DNA from: Octopus sinensis
Taxonomy: Eukaryota
DNA: 64,000 nucleotides
Assembly: GCF_006345805.1 (NCBI RefSeq)
Contig: NC_043006.1
Coordinates: 98,766,001-98,830,000, forward strand
Direction: 5' to 3'
Numbering within the stretch: the stretch's first letter is position 1; every line of letters begins with the position of its first letter. The notes below the pieces were generated by a model. It had not been told where the DNA came from. It did not search any database and saw only the letters and a program-made list of their open reading frames with translations. Both the position numbers and the translations under genes were made by a program. Shown here piece after piece: positions 26,626 through 41,355 of the stretch.

Positions 26626-28699
26626 AGTATAAATAACTAAGTCATAGAAATACGTGTCATATCACGTACTTTACTAACAAGGCGTGTTATTTATTCAATA
26701 GATGTATGATAAATTTTGTACCAGGATTATCAATTTAATTTCCATATTCGAAGTAGAAACAGACATTGTTGAATATTTAATGGGTTTGCTTTGCAATTCC
26801 GAGATCACTGGTCCAATCCGTCTGCGTATCCTTTTCAGTAAGTATTATTTGCTATTGCCCTCTGTCGACTTAGATTTTGAGAGAAATTTAAAACTAATTG
26901 GGGTGATTATACTTTTAACTTAAATACCTAACATCATCACAATTCATAATTTTGAATCACATAGAGGATTATACATTATCTGTTCTATCAGCAAGAACAG
27001 CAATTGATCGAATGCCTATTTAGTTGGTTACAGCATTTAATAATGCAATTAGAGGACAGAATCGTTAGTACGCCGGTCAAAATACGTGATTTTTTCCGTT
27101 TTTACGTTCTGAGTTAAATTAGTTTGGTAAGTTTCATCGACTTACTTTTGCTCTTAAAATTGCTGACCTTTTTCCAAAATTTAAAAACAAAGTTGCAACA
27201 GTTAATCTAGGAATTTAGTAGGCGTTAGTAGGGTTACAAATGGTATAACAATCCAAAGAAGATCCAGAGTCGGCGAAAAAAAATCCCCTAATTGGTCGAT
27301 ATACTGCAAACCGCTTGTAACAAATCATGAGTGTGTTGTAGCATACTCACATTCATCCATCAGACTCAGATACTTTGCAATTTATACTGGGCAATGTTGT
27401 TGTTCAAGCTGACTAAACGGTTAAACGAAAGTCTGAGTGGCTCATTGTACATGTACGGTTTATAGATAATTTAAGTATCTCCATTTCCTGATCTGATTTT
27501 GTTCCTTATTTATCTCCGCTTTGGTGCAGCATTGCAACCTATCATTGTACGATCTTGGAACATATTGTTCTCCCTATGAAAAGTGGTTGGTAACACAACT
27601 CTAAATACTCTCCATGTTGTAAGAAAAGGATGCTGTGAGCGAGCTTCCTAGACTCTTTTCACGTATATTGTAACAGATGAAGAGAGTAAGAAAGAGAGAG
27701 AGAGAGAGAGAGAGAAAAGAAACAGAAAGATATAGACAAACACAGATAGAGAAAGCAATCACTGTACTTGACTAGTATATTTATTTATCGAATTCGCATG
27801 TTTGAAAGAATAATTTGCTTCAGGTAACTTAGTAGGGGCCAAGAATAAGTAGAGGAATGTATTCAATCTGATGCCTTAAAGAGCTTGCTTCCTCTCCCCT
27901 GCTATATGATTACCAGTCAATTAAAACCCGGCATTAGGAAAATGGTATTCTAATATTTTGAATCACTGCTTTTTAAATAGTTTTTTTCTTTTCTTTATCT
28001 ATAGCTTCTCTCCTTTGCATAGCTGCATCATTGAGCAGTTTCTTTTGAATATCAGTTATTGTCATACTCTCCACGAGAAGACATTTGTAGTTTGTGTCTC
28101 AACGCTCCTTCACTTCTGAAAAAAAGGGTCTTAGCAATGTTACATCCACGAAGAGTAGCTGATTTCGAGTGAAAAAAGGGAACGAAAGACGGAGAGGATA
28201 AGGCAGACAGGAATTGCAGAAGTTTATAGCCAATCATTTATTTATTGACGAAGGAAGAGTAATAAATAAAGTAATCTTTAAACTGATATGAAATAAAAGC
28301 GCAGAAACCTGGAACAAATTTCGAAATGCATTTTGTCCCATGTTCTGTTATACCTGCCAAATCAAACTTGTAGTATAGGAATGAATAAATGACAAATTCG
28401 TTATTTTATTTGCTATTCTTCACGATAGAACTCTTGTCACGCTTACCTACTCCTGTTGCCGCATTTGCTTTTGACTACTACAGCCCAAGCTAAATATGCC
28501 ACACAGTATTTTTTTCCTGGATTTACAAAGCACAAGAATTCCTGCACGCTTCCATGCATCTTCCATGCAATCATTGCTAGACTAAGTTAAATTAAACAGC
28601 GGACACGTCAATATTTTCAATGAGGAACACTGTGTGTTGCTTAGGCATTACTCAGAGCCTTTAAAATATGCACGAATATGATTTATTGTCAATACTGAG

Positions 28700-29137
28700 G
28701 GATCTTTTCGGTTTGAACGGCAGTTTTTTAAAAATAATTTCCACGTAACTAAACACTTTTAAACTGCGTATACTGGTAGAATGTGTCTATAAAACATCTT
28801 TTTCTCTTGGCGTTATTGCGAAAATTCTATAGTTTGTAAGATATTTGTTGCTTTTTTTCTTCAATTTCTGCAATTTCAACCAATCAATGACGTCTATTGA
28901 GGTGAAAACATTCTGTGCCGTATGAATATGTCCCTCGTTTAAGAAACAGATTGGGTTTATTTACATTTGTGAAGAAAAAAAGATACCCTTCCTCCACCCC
29001 TAACCCTAACCCTAACCCTAACTAACCCTAACCCTAAAACAGATTGAAATGCAATAGATCGATACTAGGGTCATTATTATGGGTGATAATTTCATATGAC
29101 ACCGTTAGAAAAACAGCCGTTCAAACCGAAAAGATCC
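28700..29137. mobile_element. 438-bp MITE with ~28-bp TIRs, 8-bp TSD and internal (CCCTAA)n; Merlin-like termini
   Basis: TIRs GGATCTTTTCGGTTTGAACGGCAGTTTT / AAAACAGCCGTTCAAACCGAAAAGATCC. TSD ATACTGAG at 28692-28699 and 29138-29145. Telomere-type repeats at ~28998-29036. Confidence 0.88.
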
Positions 29138-30754
29138 ATACTGAGTATTAACTGTTTGTTTTGATTGGATAAAAATATCTTGTGTTATGGTTATTATTTC
29201 AATGTAGATTGACTGAGTCGACGGTTGATTAAATACTCTGTAAATAAGCCCATTATTCTATTTTTCATTTCCCCCCAATGTAATCCACTCAGAATCAAGC
29301 TATCTAAGCAACCTTTTTTAAAGACGATAAAGTTTGAGAGCAAGAAATTTCGACAGTAATTACACCAAGTCGTGCGTAAAACTGTTAAAGTTTTATGTAT
29401 ATAGGGAAAGTTCAACTTATTTATGTCCTTTAATATTATATTCTAGACGATAACTTTAGTATCATAATGTAGCTATATAGCTAGTTTTGCTTTAATATTT
29501 CGTAAGTGAATGACATATACCCTCTGCAAGAATTAAATCTATGTTGAGTATTACCTATTACAAGACTACTGATATATAAGGGGAATGTGTAGAAGCATTT
29601 ACCTAAACTGGCACATAAAGATGGCATTTATTTTAGCGATGCACGATATTTAATAAAAATAAAACAATAAAGCTCGGAACACTTTGCTTTCTGTAATGCC
29701 ACCACCTGAACACTTGAAATATTATCGAAAGGTGTTTTCGCTATGCGATATTAATCTTCCTTTGAAATAGAGTAGCATATTAAATCACCTAATTCATTTT
29801 AACAATACATGGTGAAATGGGGAAACTGAGCAGGGAATAAACAGAATGCAGGTAATCAGATTTCCAATATAACTATATGAATGCCATTCAAAATTTATAG
29901 GATCACCAGGCTGTTAATTCGAGATAATACTGTGTCGTGTAATATAATTTCTTTATTTCATTTCATGTGTAGCATGTAGATATTGAACAGACGCCAAAAT
30001 AATTGAGGTGAGAAATTTATCACGTTTGCATTCAGCTATTAACACGTTTACTTTTTCTACTATATACTCAGTCGTCCTGAAGGAAAAAAAAAGATAGATT
30101 AAAAGCAAAACTATATATAAGTTCGTAGGTAATATACGTTTACATACAGGTATGCACACAATATATTTTCCGACATCTCAGCCATGTCACTAGCATAGTA
30201 AGTAGTCTCTTTTGTTTGAATGAAGCAAGTTACTGGTATCTGTATTTTACCGAATGGCGCTCTGTGTGGTTGTACACACACGCGCTCACACAATCAGGCA
30301 CACAATCACACATGAAGATCATTTAATAGAAACATGATTTCAAGTTTGAATGATTGTCTGAAAATATGCAACATGCTACACAGTCTTCTCAGAACATTGT
30401 ATTTTCATTCAGATGCACGAAATTAACAGTAGCTCACGTTTAAATCTTTGTATTGGAGTATTTTCTTTGTTGATATCACCAATAATGGAACAATCGTATT
30501 AAATATATACATTATATATATATATATTATATATATATATATATAATATATATATATATATATAATAAAAGGGTAAATAATTTTTTCGATGGTTTTTCAG
30601 ACAACCAGCAATTATTTACAATTTTAGCGTCGGGAACTTCTGTAGAGTTCAGTATATATAGTATATAAGTAAAAGGGCAGGCAACAGGTTGCCCTGCCGC
30701 ATACCGAAAGAATTAGAAATAGCAGTCAGAGACTGTTTATTTCCATTTTATATA

Positions 30755-30891
<137 letters not shown>

Positions 30892-30912
30892 TATATATAT
30901 ATATTATATATA

Positions 30913-31265
30913 TATATAATATAATTCGAGACAAAACCACTATTTTGCAAAACAAACAAGGAAAGACTTAATCAATACATAAAAATTTTTAATATAAAGA
31001 AATAAACCGCCACTTCATAAATTAAAACAGATTAGGAGATCGAAAATCCACCTGACGAATGTCATTGAAGACATGAAACGATTGTAGTGGCGGTTTATTT
31101 CTTTATATTAAAATTTTTTATGTATTGGTTAAGTCTTTCCTTGTTTGTTTTGCAAAATACTGGTTTTGTCTCGAATTATATTATATACTATTTTACTATA
31201 AAATTGGATTTAATCCTAAATCTGATTTTTCCCTGTAAATTTGGATTATTCCCTAATATTTATTA
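30913..31265. mobile_element. Fold-back element in (TA)n: ~100-bp inverted arms around an HHR, plus tail
   Basis: 30913-31013 is the reverse complement of 31087-31187 with about 3 mismatches. The tail 31200-31265 resembles the reverse complement of 1570-1650. Confidence 0.9.
31048..31090 (+). ncRNA. Minimal type I hammerhead ribozyme, intact core
   Basis: Stem I CCAC/GTGG; CTGACGA 31052-31058; stem II ATGTC/GACAT with 6-nt loop; GAAA 31075-31078; stem III C-GATT-G; GTA cleavage after 31086. Confidence 0.82.
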
Positions 31266-31279
31266 TTATATATATATAT

Positions 31280-31311
<32 letters not shown>

Positions 31312-31794
31312 ATATATAAATATATATATGCGTATGTGTATATATGTCTATATATATATATATACATATATATATATGTGTGTGTGTGTGTGTTAAAACC
31401 TATTCACATATGACTGTCTAACTACAAAGTGTAATTCGGTGATAGCTGGAATCTATCAAAAACAACTGGGGAAGAAATGGTTACTAGTTTGTGAAAGCCA
31501 GTTTTTATCTCCCCTCTCCTTTCCCCCTCTCCCTATCTTTCTCTCGCCAGCTCCCACCACGGAGAATAGCAGCTGTTCCTAGTAAAGTATATAGAATATT
31601 TCCCTGACACGTTAACCGCTTCTTACATAAATGTTCAGTTTCCTTAATTTAGACGAAAGAACGAAACTCTGGGATCAACTGATCGCCAAACTAGACATAA
31701 CTTATTTATCCAATTTAGAAGAATTTGATGCAAATAGTGTTTGCGCATATTTCAACTAGGAATCTGTCCATTTTGATGCTGGTATACATATACG

Positions 31795-32160
31795 TTTCTA
31801 TTCTAGACACAAGGCCCGAAATTTTAGGGGATTGGACCTATCGATTAGATCAACTCCAGTACACAACTGGTACTTAATTTGAAAGGCAAACTCGACCATG
31901 GCGGAATTTTAACTCAGAACGTAAAGACAGACGAAATACCTATTTCTTTATTACCCATAAGGGGCTAAACATAAGGGGGACAAACAAGGACAGACATAGG
32001 TATTATGTCGATTACATCGACCCCAGTGCGTAACTTGTTCTTAATTTATCGACCCCGAATGGATGAAAGGCAAAGTTGGCCTCGGCGGAATTTGAACTCA
32101 CAACGTAACGGCAGACGAAATACGGCTACGCATTTCGCCCGGCATGCTAACGTTTCTACT
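31795..32160 (-). mobile_element. Composite SINE family B copies
   Basis: Same core and two tail types as at 9610 and 55335, on the minus strand. Confidence 0.85.
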
Positions 32161-32539
32161 CGTTCTTGTGTTCAATTTGTAGTGTTCGTAAAAAGAAAAC
32201 TTTCTTGTAGATAGTTACTGCAAATTGCATTAACAGTGATATTTATGACGAGTAGCTAGTTTGGCGCACTGTGTGTTGTATCTTCACAATGACATGGAAC
32301 AATTGAAACTTTAAAATACTACGTGAAATTTCAGAGGAATCGTTATTGATTGGGAAGTTAACATATTTTTCCTGTCCATGAATAAAAGAGTTATAGCCTC
32401 CAATGTGTAATGTGTATCCCACCAGTTCAAGAGAGACTACATCTGGTTTTTTTTTTTTGGCTTTGAGAGGAAATGCATCTATGCAAAATTTTAACTGGTA
32501 GGGTTAACATTTCTCTTTCAGGTTCGTGTGTAAGAAGGC

Positions 32540-32908
32540 TTAGGAACTTTACATTCATTCAAATGTGTGTTACCCCCTTCGGTCAGACACTGACCATGGG
32601 CTTGCACCTAGAAAGTTACTCTCTGAGGCACAAGTCTAGGCAAGGTTGTTTTATGGAAGACCAGCAGTCGCCCATGCATACCGGCCTCCCCTCTCCACGT
32701 CACCAGTGTTATCCAAGGGAAAGGCAAAGGGGTCGATACAGCTTGGCACCTGTGACATTGCAACTCATTTCTACAGCTGAGTGAACCGGAGCAACGTGAA
32801 ATAAAGTGTCTTGCTCAAGAACACAACACGCAGCCCGGTCCGGGATTCCAGCTCACAACCTCACGATCGTAAGCTCGACACTCTAACCGCTGAGCCACGC
32901 GCCTTCAT
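32540..32908 (-). mobile_element. tRNA-derived SINE, family E
   Basis: Minus-strand head GAAGGCGCGTGGCTCAGCGGTTAGAGTGTCG..GAATCCCGG followed by the CTTGAGCAAGACACTTTATTTCAC body shared with family D. Confidence 0.8.
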
Positions 32909-32994
32909 TCAAATACAACAGTTGTAAACTAATTGAACAGAAAAATATCTACATTGAAATGTATTACATAATGTTCATTTTAAGAATCTACTGT

Positions 32995-33465
32995 ACATTG
33001 TTAATATTTCGTGTGATTTCCCTTAGTTTGAATAATTGCATCAATACGCCTGGGAAGAGATGGATATTTCACCATCTTCACCATCTTCCCAGGTAAGAGA
33101 TGCCATTCTCTGTGCCTGAGCTCCCACAACTCTTCCAGATTGCGTGGAGTCTTCTCACGAACTCTTCTCTTTAGGTCTGTCCACATTTGATCAATGGCAA
33201 ATCTTTCAATATGGTACCACCTTCATCAGCCATTCTCTGTTGTCTTGCACGCGATCTGTGGCATAGAGCTCCGTGTTCCTGAAAAATATCACCTTCATCC
33301 AAGTATCAAGTATTAAATTGTACTTCAGAAACTAGATTATTTGGCACTATTCAAGTTACCGGCAATTTTAACCAACTTCCTTGAACTATCACTTTTTATA
33401 TAGCATCAGTCTTTTACCCCAGACTTCAAAGTTTTCGTCGTTTAACGTGGGGGGTCGTTTCGCTT
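32995..33465 (-). mobile_element. Decayed Tc1-like transposase 3' fragment
   Basis: GNLNSAK, IFQEHGALCHRSR (FQQDGAPCH-like) and WTDLKRRVREKTPRNLEELW..LPRRIDAIIQTKGNHTKY (typical Tc1 C-terminus). Confidence 0.8.
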
Positions 33466-34489
33466 TCTAATAACAAGAATTTGTCAAAAGGCCTCCAGGA
33501 AAGAAATAGTATTTTTATAAACCTAGAAAAGTGTAAAAAGTTTATATTTTCAGAAATGGAGGAAATCTCGGACGCAGGAGAGTAGCTGTGAAAATAGAAT
33601 TAGAGAAAATCGTTTAAACCACCCCATGAAGACGGTAAAAGTCGCCAGTGGCCGCAACAGAGAATCCAAATCTCCGCTTCCCAAAGTCTGGCTTAGTTGT
33701 CTCTACCATTCAGCTAAACTAACCTAACAACAGGCAGTCTTTTTTCAGAATGCTAAATAATATGTTTTGAAATGTGAGAATATTTTCTTATAAAAAATCA
33801 TGAACGATGAATTTGAGAGGAATATAATTCGATTCTTTGTAGAGGCTGCTGGCAACTTCTTCGGTCTATAGGGGTGTTTTTACTCGATTTTCTAAAGCTT
33901 AAAATAAGCCCGGTGTATATATATCTAACATATAAAATAGAGATGTGTGTGTATTCGCTTTTCACGTAAAAAACAGCTTCACCAATGTATTTATGTATGT
34001 ATACGTACATGCATAAATGCATATGCGTACATCTTTTTGTATGTATGTGTGCGTGTTTGAGAGAGAGAGAGAAAGAGAGGGTGATGTCTAAGTGACATTC
34101 ACTCTCTCCCTTTCTCTCTCTCTCATACACACACAAAAATTCTACGCATATTTATGTATGAACGTATACATGACAACACACCTCTTCTCTCTCTCACACA
34201 CACACAAACGTTCATTTCATCTGATGTTTGATATTCTCTGTGTGTTTGTGTGCGCGTGCGTGTGCGTGGGTCCCATTTATTCCAATTACTCTTCTGAAGA
34301 TATTCGCGTAACTAACTTTTCCATTTATTCTCCATTTTAATTTTCGTAAAAGTTTCCGAGCACAAATGTTCTCACTCCAGAAGAGGAGTCGGAGTAGATG
34401 GAGATGATCAGTTTTCTACACTGAAGCAAAGATGAGTACAGGTAGCCAGAGTCAATACACTCTTATGCAGAATGATAGTCAGCTGATAA

Positions 34490-35150
34490 ATAAAAATGAG
34501 GAAGATGCACAGTATGACAGAGAAGCATACATTGGTACCAATGAGGCATTTTGGTGCATCTTCGATTTTCTCATTCATGAGAGGCATCCAACCATTATTC
34601 ACCAGAGTGTCCGTCTAGAGAATAACCACAGAGTTATATTTACAAAACAAACAACCTTGCAACAAGCACTTTCTTAAAAAAGCACCCTAACTACCTTTTT
34701 TAAACTGTATCAAGTAGATGAAGATGCAAGAAAACTCCTTTACCCACAATTTCCCAAGTATTACACCTGGAGAATCAATAAATGGCACAAGAAGAAACGT
34801 GCGGCTGATGCTCTTCTAAGAGTTTACAGTGTCACCCCTCCCTCACAAGCCGTACTACTTACGGCTCCTGTTCCTTGAAATACGTGGTCCCAAAGCATTC
34901 CAAGATTCGAGGAGGGTGAATGGTCATGTGTGTGAAACTTATAGGGAAACATGTTATCAACAGGTTTTTTTGGAAGATGATGAACATTGCGACCTTGCAT
35001 TGACTGAAGTATCAGTATCAGGTTCTGCAAGGTAAATCTGTAACATTTTTGTAAATATGCTGAACATGTGCCAACTTGGTAGTCTTGTACAGTTTTGGAA
35101 GAAACGTCTTGAGGACATGACTGAGGACTTAAAGTATGCAGTTCAACAGG
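34490..35150 (+). mobile_element. Helitron Rep/helicase ORF fragment, decayed
   Basis: YIGTNEAFWCIFDFLIHERHPTIIHQSVRLENNHRV, TLTTFFKL, LLYPQFPKYYTW, YYLRLLFLEIRGPKAFQD..VNGHVCETYRE. Confidence 0.88.
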
Positions 35151-35219
35151 CAAACCCAGATATCAATATTCAATTCTCTGAATGGAATATTGATATAATA
35201 ATAATAATAATAATAATAA

Positions 35220-35276
<57 letters not shown>

Positions 35277-35277
<1 letters not shown>

Positions 35278-35831
35278 GCCCTGATGCAGTACCAGGCAGT
35301 GGCTCTCATGGCTTCTGATCTTAACTGATTGGAAGTGTTATCATGTACATTGTTTTGTCTTGGTATAAAAGATGGGCTACAGCAAATATTCTGCTCAATA
35401 CCACAGATTTGCTTGTCAGTTGTTTGACCTTAACCAGTTGAGCATGTCCCTTAGTGGCTGACGATATGTGCATCTCTGATCACGGGCAGAAGTAGTGGGG
35501 GAGCATCATAGCCATGTGTTGAGAGGGATTCTTTGGGGTTTGAATAGTTCACCTCTGGAAACATGGGTGGTTCTTTCAACATCCTTAAACAACCCTTATT
35601 CAGGGACCGTTTGCGCAGGATGGGCTACTCAAAATGAAGAAAATTATAACTGGGCCCCACCTGCAAGGTCATGTGCTGTTTATCTTGATATGAGATCACC
35701 ATGTCGCGCACATATGGTTGTGATGCATGTGCCTGGTGTACCTTTATCAGACGGGTAGTCATGATGGGTATATTGGGCTTCGTATATTTTACCCCAGTGT
35801 CACTTTGATGGCATGAATTGCTCTCTCACTC
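35277..35831. mobile_element. 555-bp non-coding interspersed element embedded in (AAT)n
   Basis: Relatively GC-rich unique block with (AAT)n on both sides, no TIRs and no ORF. Recalled as an abundant octopus repeat but not verified. Confidence 0.6.
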
Positions 35832-35857
35832 AATAATAATAATAATAATAATAATAA

Positions 35858-35898
<41 letters not shown>

Positions 35899-35977
35899 TA
35901 GTAGTAGTAGTAGTAGTAGTAGCAGCAGCAGTAGTAGTAGTAGTAGTAGTAGCAGCAGCAGTAGTAGTTGTAGTAGT

Positions 35978-36044
<67 letters not shown>

Positions 36045-36047
36045 ACC

Positions 36048-36111
<64 letters not shown>

Positions 36112-36146
36112 TGATAATGATAATAATAACAATAATAATAATAATC
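35832..36146. repeat. Compound trinucleotide array (AAT)(AGT)(AGC)(AGT)(AAT)
   Basis: Direct inspection. Confidence 0.95.
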
Positions 36147-36661
36147 ACAACAACATTAATAAGAATAGAATATTTAGAAAATGTAGCACTTTGCTGGCAT
36201 AAATAGACGTATAAAACGATTTTACTATCAATATTTATTATTTATTCATCTAATTCGCTTTGAAAATTTAAAGAGCGAATCTGTTGAATCTATATGAAAA
36301 TAAACTAAACTGATGCAAACCCTAACCTTGTTGTTAAGACGTTCAATGCGAACTCGAGCTCTACAGAGTTGAATCTCATTAAACAACACATTTGGGCATT
36401 TGCCAAAGCGTTAGGACGGCTATCACAGTGGGATATGTTTATCCGTCGCCCAATCCGTCCTGTTCCCTACTCTCTTTAAAAGTTCTTTTGCATATCTATG
36501 TGGGGATTATTTCTAAATATCTTCCCGTTTTATATTAACCGGCCTGAACCACCGTCGGGTCACCAGCAGCAGTTCGTTCGTAATTATTTGTGCACTGCAA
36601 AACATTAACTGTAGTTCCTACTAAACCTGATTGAATTCCCTAATTCTATCAAGCAAATCAA

Positions 36662-36710
<49 letters not shown>

Positions 36711-37357
36711 ACATACACACATATGCATGAATACACATTTATATATTGGTTTAAATGTTGACACACGGGCAGCACTTTCAGGGAGATGAGTACGTCTATT
36801 AGATCGACCCCAGCACTCAAGTGGCGTATATTTTATCGAACCCGAAAGATGCAAGGCAAGGCCAATCCCGGTGGAATCTGAAGAAATAAGAAAAAGCCCA
36901 TTTTGCCCGACAGGCTAACGATTCTGCTAGCTTGCCGCCAATGCACACACACATACACCCACGCACACACACACACACAAACTAACAGATCACTGAGCTG
37001 AATGAAATCTATAGTTTGAAGAGAAATTTACTATAAAGAACTTATGCTGAAGTTTCATATAAACACCGTACATGCTTGATTAGAGAAAGCTAAACCTATT
37101 AAGGGAAACTGAAGAGGAGATAAATATCAATTACACAGCCAGGTGATCAGTAAATTTACCACGTTAAACAGAATTTACAATGTGTCAGTTATTCATTGTT
37201 AATATCACTGTATAAATCATTTGCGACGAAGGATGTGCAATTATAGCGGCGATGGGGATGGCGTTGATAAACAATGATGAATATGCCACTAGCGGAGGCT
37301 GGAGAAGAATAACGAAGATAATAACGTTGCTACTGTGCTGATGACGACACTGCTGCC

Positions 37358-37396
<39 letters not shown>

Positions 37397-37699
37397 TATG
37401 ATGACGGTGGCGATGATGGTGTTAATGATGATTACGATGATGATGATTACGAGATCAACGATGACGACGATAATGACGATGATTAACATCGTCGTCGTCG
37501 TCAGCACCACCACCACCACTACCACTACCGCCACCACCAACACCAACAACAGCCTTATGATAATCACTATCATGATCTTCGGAGGGGCGGAGAAAGTGCT
37601 GTACGAAAGGAACAGAAACTTTAACTTCAACATCAATTTAGATTCGGAGACCGATATAGATGACGAATATTTTTCGTTATATATTTGCTTCAAGGAATT

Positions 37700-37913
37700 A
37701 CTCTTTACTCTATACTCTTTTACTTGTTTCAGTCATTTGACTGCGGCCATGCTAGAGCACCGCCTTTAGTCAAGCAACTCGATCCCGGGTCTTATTCTTT
37801 GTAAGCCCAGTGCTTATTCTATCGGTCTTTTGCCGAACCGCTAAGTGACAGGGACGTAAACACACCAGCATCGGTTGTCAAGCAATGCTAGGGGGACAAA
37901 CACAGACACACAA

Positions 37914-37982
<69 letters not shown>

Positions 37983-38148
37983 TACGACAGGCTTCTTTCA
38001 GTTTCTGTCTACCAAATACACTCACAAGGCATTGGTCGGCCCGGAGCTATAGCAGAAGACACTTGCCCAAGATGCCACGCAGTGGGACTGAACCCGGAAC
38101 CAAGTGGTTGGTTAGCAAGCTACTTACCACACAGCCACTCCTGCGCCT
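37700..38148 (-). mobile_element. SINE family A
   Basis: Full-length homologue of 7409-7858. Confidence 0.9.
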
Positions 38149-38456
38149 ATTAACAATGTAGAAAAGAAATGGAAAACATTGAGTATCAACCACGAGCCGA
38201 ATGTATAATTTAAATGGTTTACATACGATCAACACAAGTTAAATAAAAGAACATAGACTTTACATAGATACCAATGTTAATATTTAACCACGGAATGAAT
38301 ATTGAACAATTGTTTCATATACCCAAGGCGTCCATACAAGTGTAACATTGAAACTAATTGTATTTCTCTCCCAACTAATAACAATATACGTCTTCACAAG
38401 CAGACTGGCATCATCATTCAAACAGTAATACATAATTTCTAATAAATATATAAAGC

Positions 38457-38541
<85 letters not shown>

Positions 38542-38550
38542 TGTGTGTGT

Positions 38551-39021
<471 letters not shown>

Positions 39022-41317
39022 TTATATATATATATATATATATTTATTTATATATATATATATATTATATATATATATATATTATATATATATATATACA
39101 CCTATCAATTCCGGCATATGTTTAAATTTCTTAACATTTAATATTGAAAATGCTGAAGTACTAGCATAGTTCAGGAACCTGTTGTAATTATGTCAGAGTG
39201 ATCTTTGTATCTTTTAGAATCTCATCTGTAAACTGTAGACGCTTCGTATTTAATGAACAAATGATAATTAAATCGCGGATGCATAGTATTAAACACGAAT
39301 GAAGTGCTTGAAGAATACATCACTCAGGAATTTCACAGTGTAGCGATTGCCAAGATAAACATGATACATCCAAGGCAATTAATAGGAAAAACAAAAGCGT
39401 AACATTAGAAGAGTATCCATTGGTGAAAGTTAAGTCAGTGTGTTCTGTTAACTCAATCATTGCAGCAAAAATATTAGTCTTCCGTATGTTCGTTTTATCA
39501 GGCACCAAACCATTTAATTCAACGAACTTGTAGAATATGTGATGAGAAGAACATTAACACACGGGGTGTGCATTACTCCTATATTAGCATATTTTCTATT
39601 CTTTTTGTCATTTACTTAAGCTGTTAATTTATGTAAATTCATGTCATTAAATACCAAATGAGGGGGATCTCATATTTTCCAGTGGTACCTATTAAATTTA
39701 TGATATCTTCTGTAACGTATCGGCAATTATGATAAGATAACTTTTCACTGGAAAGGTTTTATGAAGCCAGATGCTGTCAAAAGCAGGCTCGAGGACCTAC
39801 TGAGATTCAAAATATGATATTAATTATTTTGTATCATCTTCCTTCTTTCTAATAAGAATTGTAATCTTGGATGCATTAAGTGTAATAACAGTAGCATAAC
39901 TATTGTTTTATTTGATGTACATTGTTCACTTGAATATTAAAATTTACTTTTGGCCTCTTTCTTAAATAAAAGAAATAGCTTCAAACATATAACAGATTAA
40001 ATTACTCATTTCTTATATGCGAAAATATGAATCTAGAAGCGGAATATGAGCGAAAATTTAAGAAATCATTGAGGCCTTGACGTATAGATGTATAAGTTCC
40101 AAAGCATATGAATGGTATATAGGTATATAAATGGTTGTGTCGGTCCTTATCATTTGCTTATTAATGCTATACGTATGAGAAGACATCGCTTTATCTCAGG
40201 TAACCTTTGCAGATGATATGTCAAATATCAAATGAAGTGTGGATACATTAAACAGAAGTTCATGGGCTTTGAACACAAGGCACCAGAACAGCTTATTCCG
40301 TTTTGCATTATATTGAATCATTTTGTTCACTATTTGTTTCTTCTGCATAAGACAAAGAGATATTGCGAGAAAACTGTTGAGGCAGATCATCAAGCTTTAA
40401 TAATTATGTGAACCGACGCGAGTATAATCACATCCAAATATCTTCAAGTGTTTTCAAAATAAGACGCCAGAAACGTCAAGCCAATACCGTATTTCTTCAA
40501 CCATTTCGCTTCTGCATTATTAATTCATTGAAAATAAAGTTAAGAAAGGAAATCGTTGCAGCAAGCCACCGAATTCTGGAAATCTCTATTTTCGTAATAG
40601 TCACGATGTAGACACTGAAATATTTTTTTTTGTTATAAAAATGGAAACGACTGTCTTCAAATCCATTCGGACTTATGTTACTAACCTCTAGTCTCTCTCA
40701 ATTATTTGTATATTTTATTGCCTGCTTTCTTATCATCATATCTAAAACTGTTCTATATCTATGTTCTTAATCAGTTTTGTCGGCTCTACATACATTATAG
40801 ACGTCTGATGTGGTTGCTAGGATATACACATACGTCAATGGGGTCTGTAAGCTATCGTATAAATGAAACTATGGGCAAAATAATGATATACTATTTCTCA
40901 AAAATAGCGACGGTTGCGTGCAACTCTAGATGTTGTGGGTGTTGTTAATCACGTTTTTCAACTGAGCAATTGGTATTCATAGATTTATACACTTAAAGTC
41001 CTATTATACATACCGACAATCGTTTTCATTGGCTTAAGAGAATATACTCATGAACTTAGCAAACCGATTGAAGCCAATCTCTTTTTGTATTTCCTATTTA
41101 CCAACATACATTTCATTATTTACCTTTTATCCAGTCTACAATGAAGTAAATTTCGAATAAAATTGCTTTGGATTTTCAGCTGCTCTAACGCGTTATCCAG
41201 TAAAAATTGATGAGCTGAACATCGCATTTCTATGTCTTTTCCTGATTCTCCAACAATGCAATGAAAAGTACAACTGCAATATATTACAAAAAGTTACAAC
41301 CACAAATGCAACAATAT

Positions 41318-41355
<38 letters not shown>

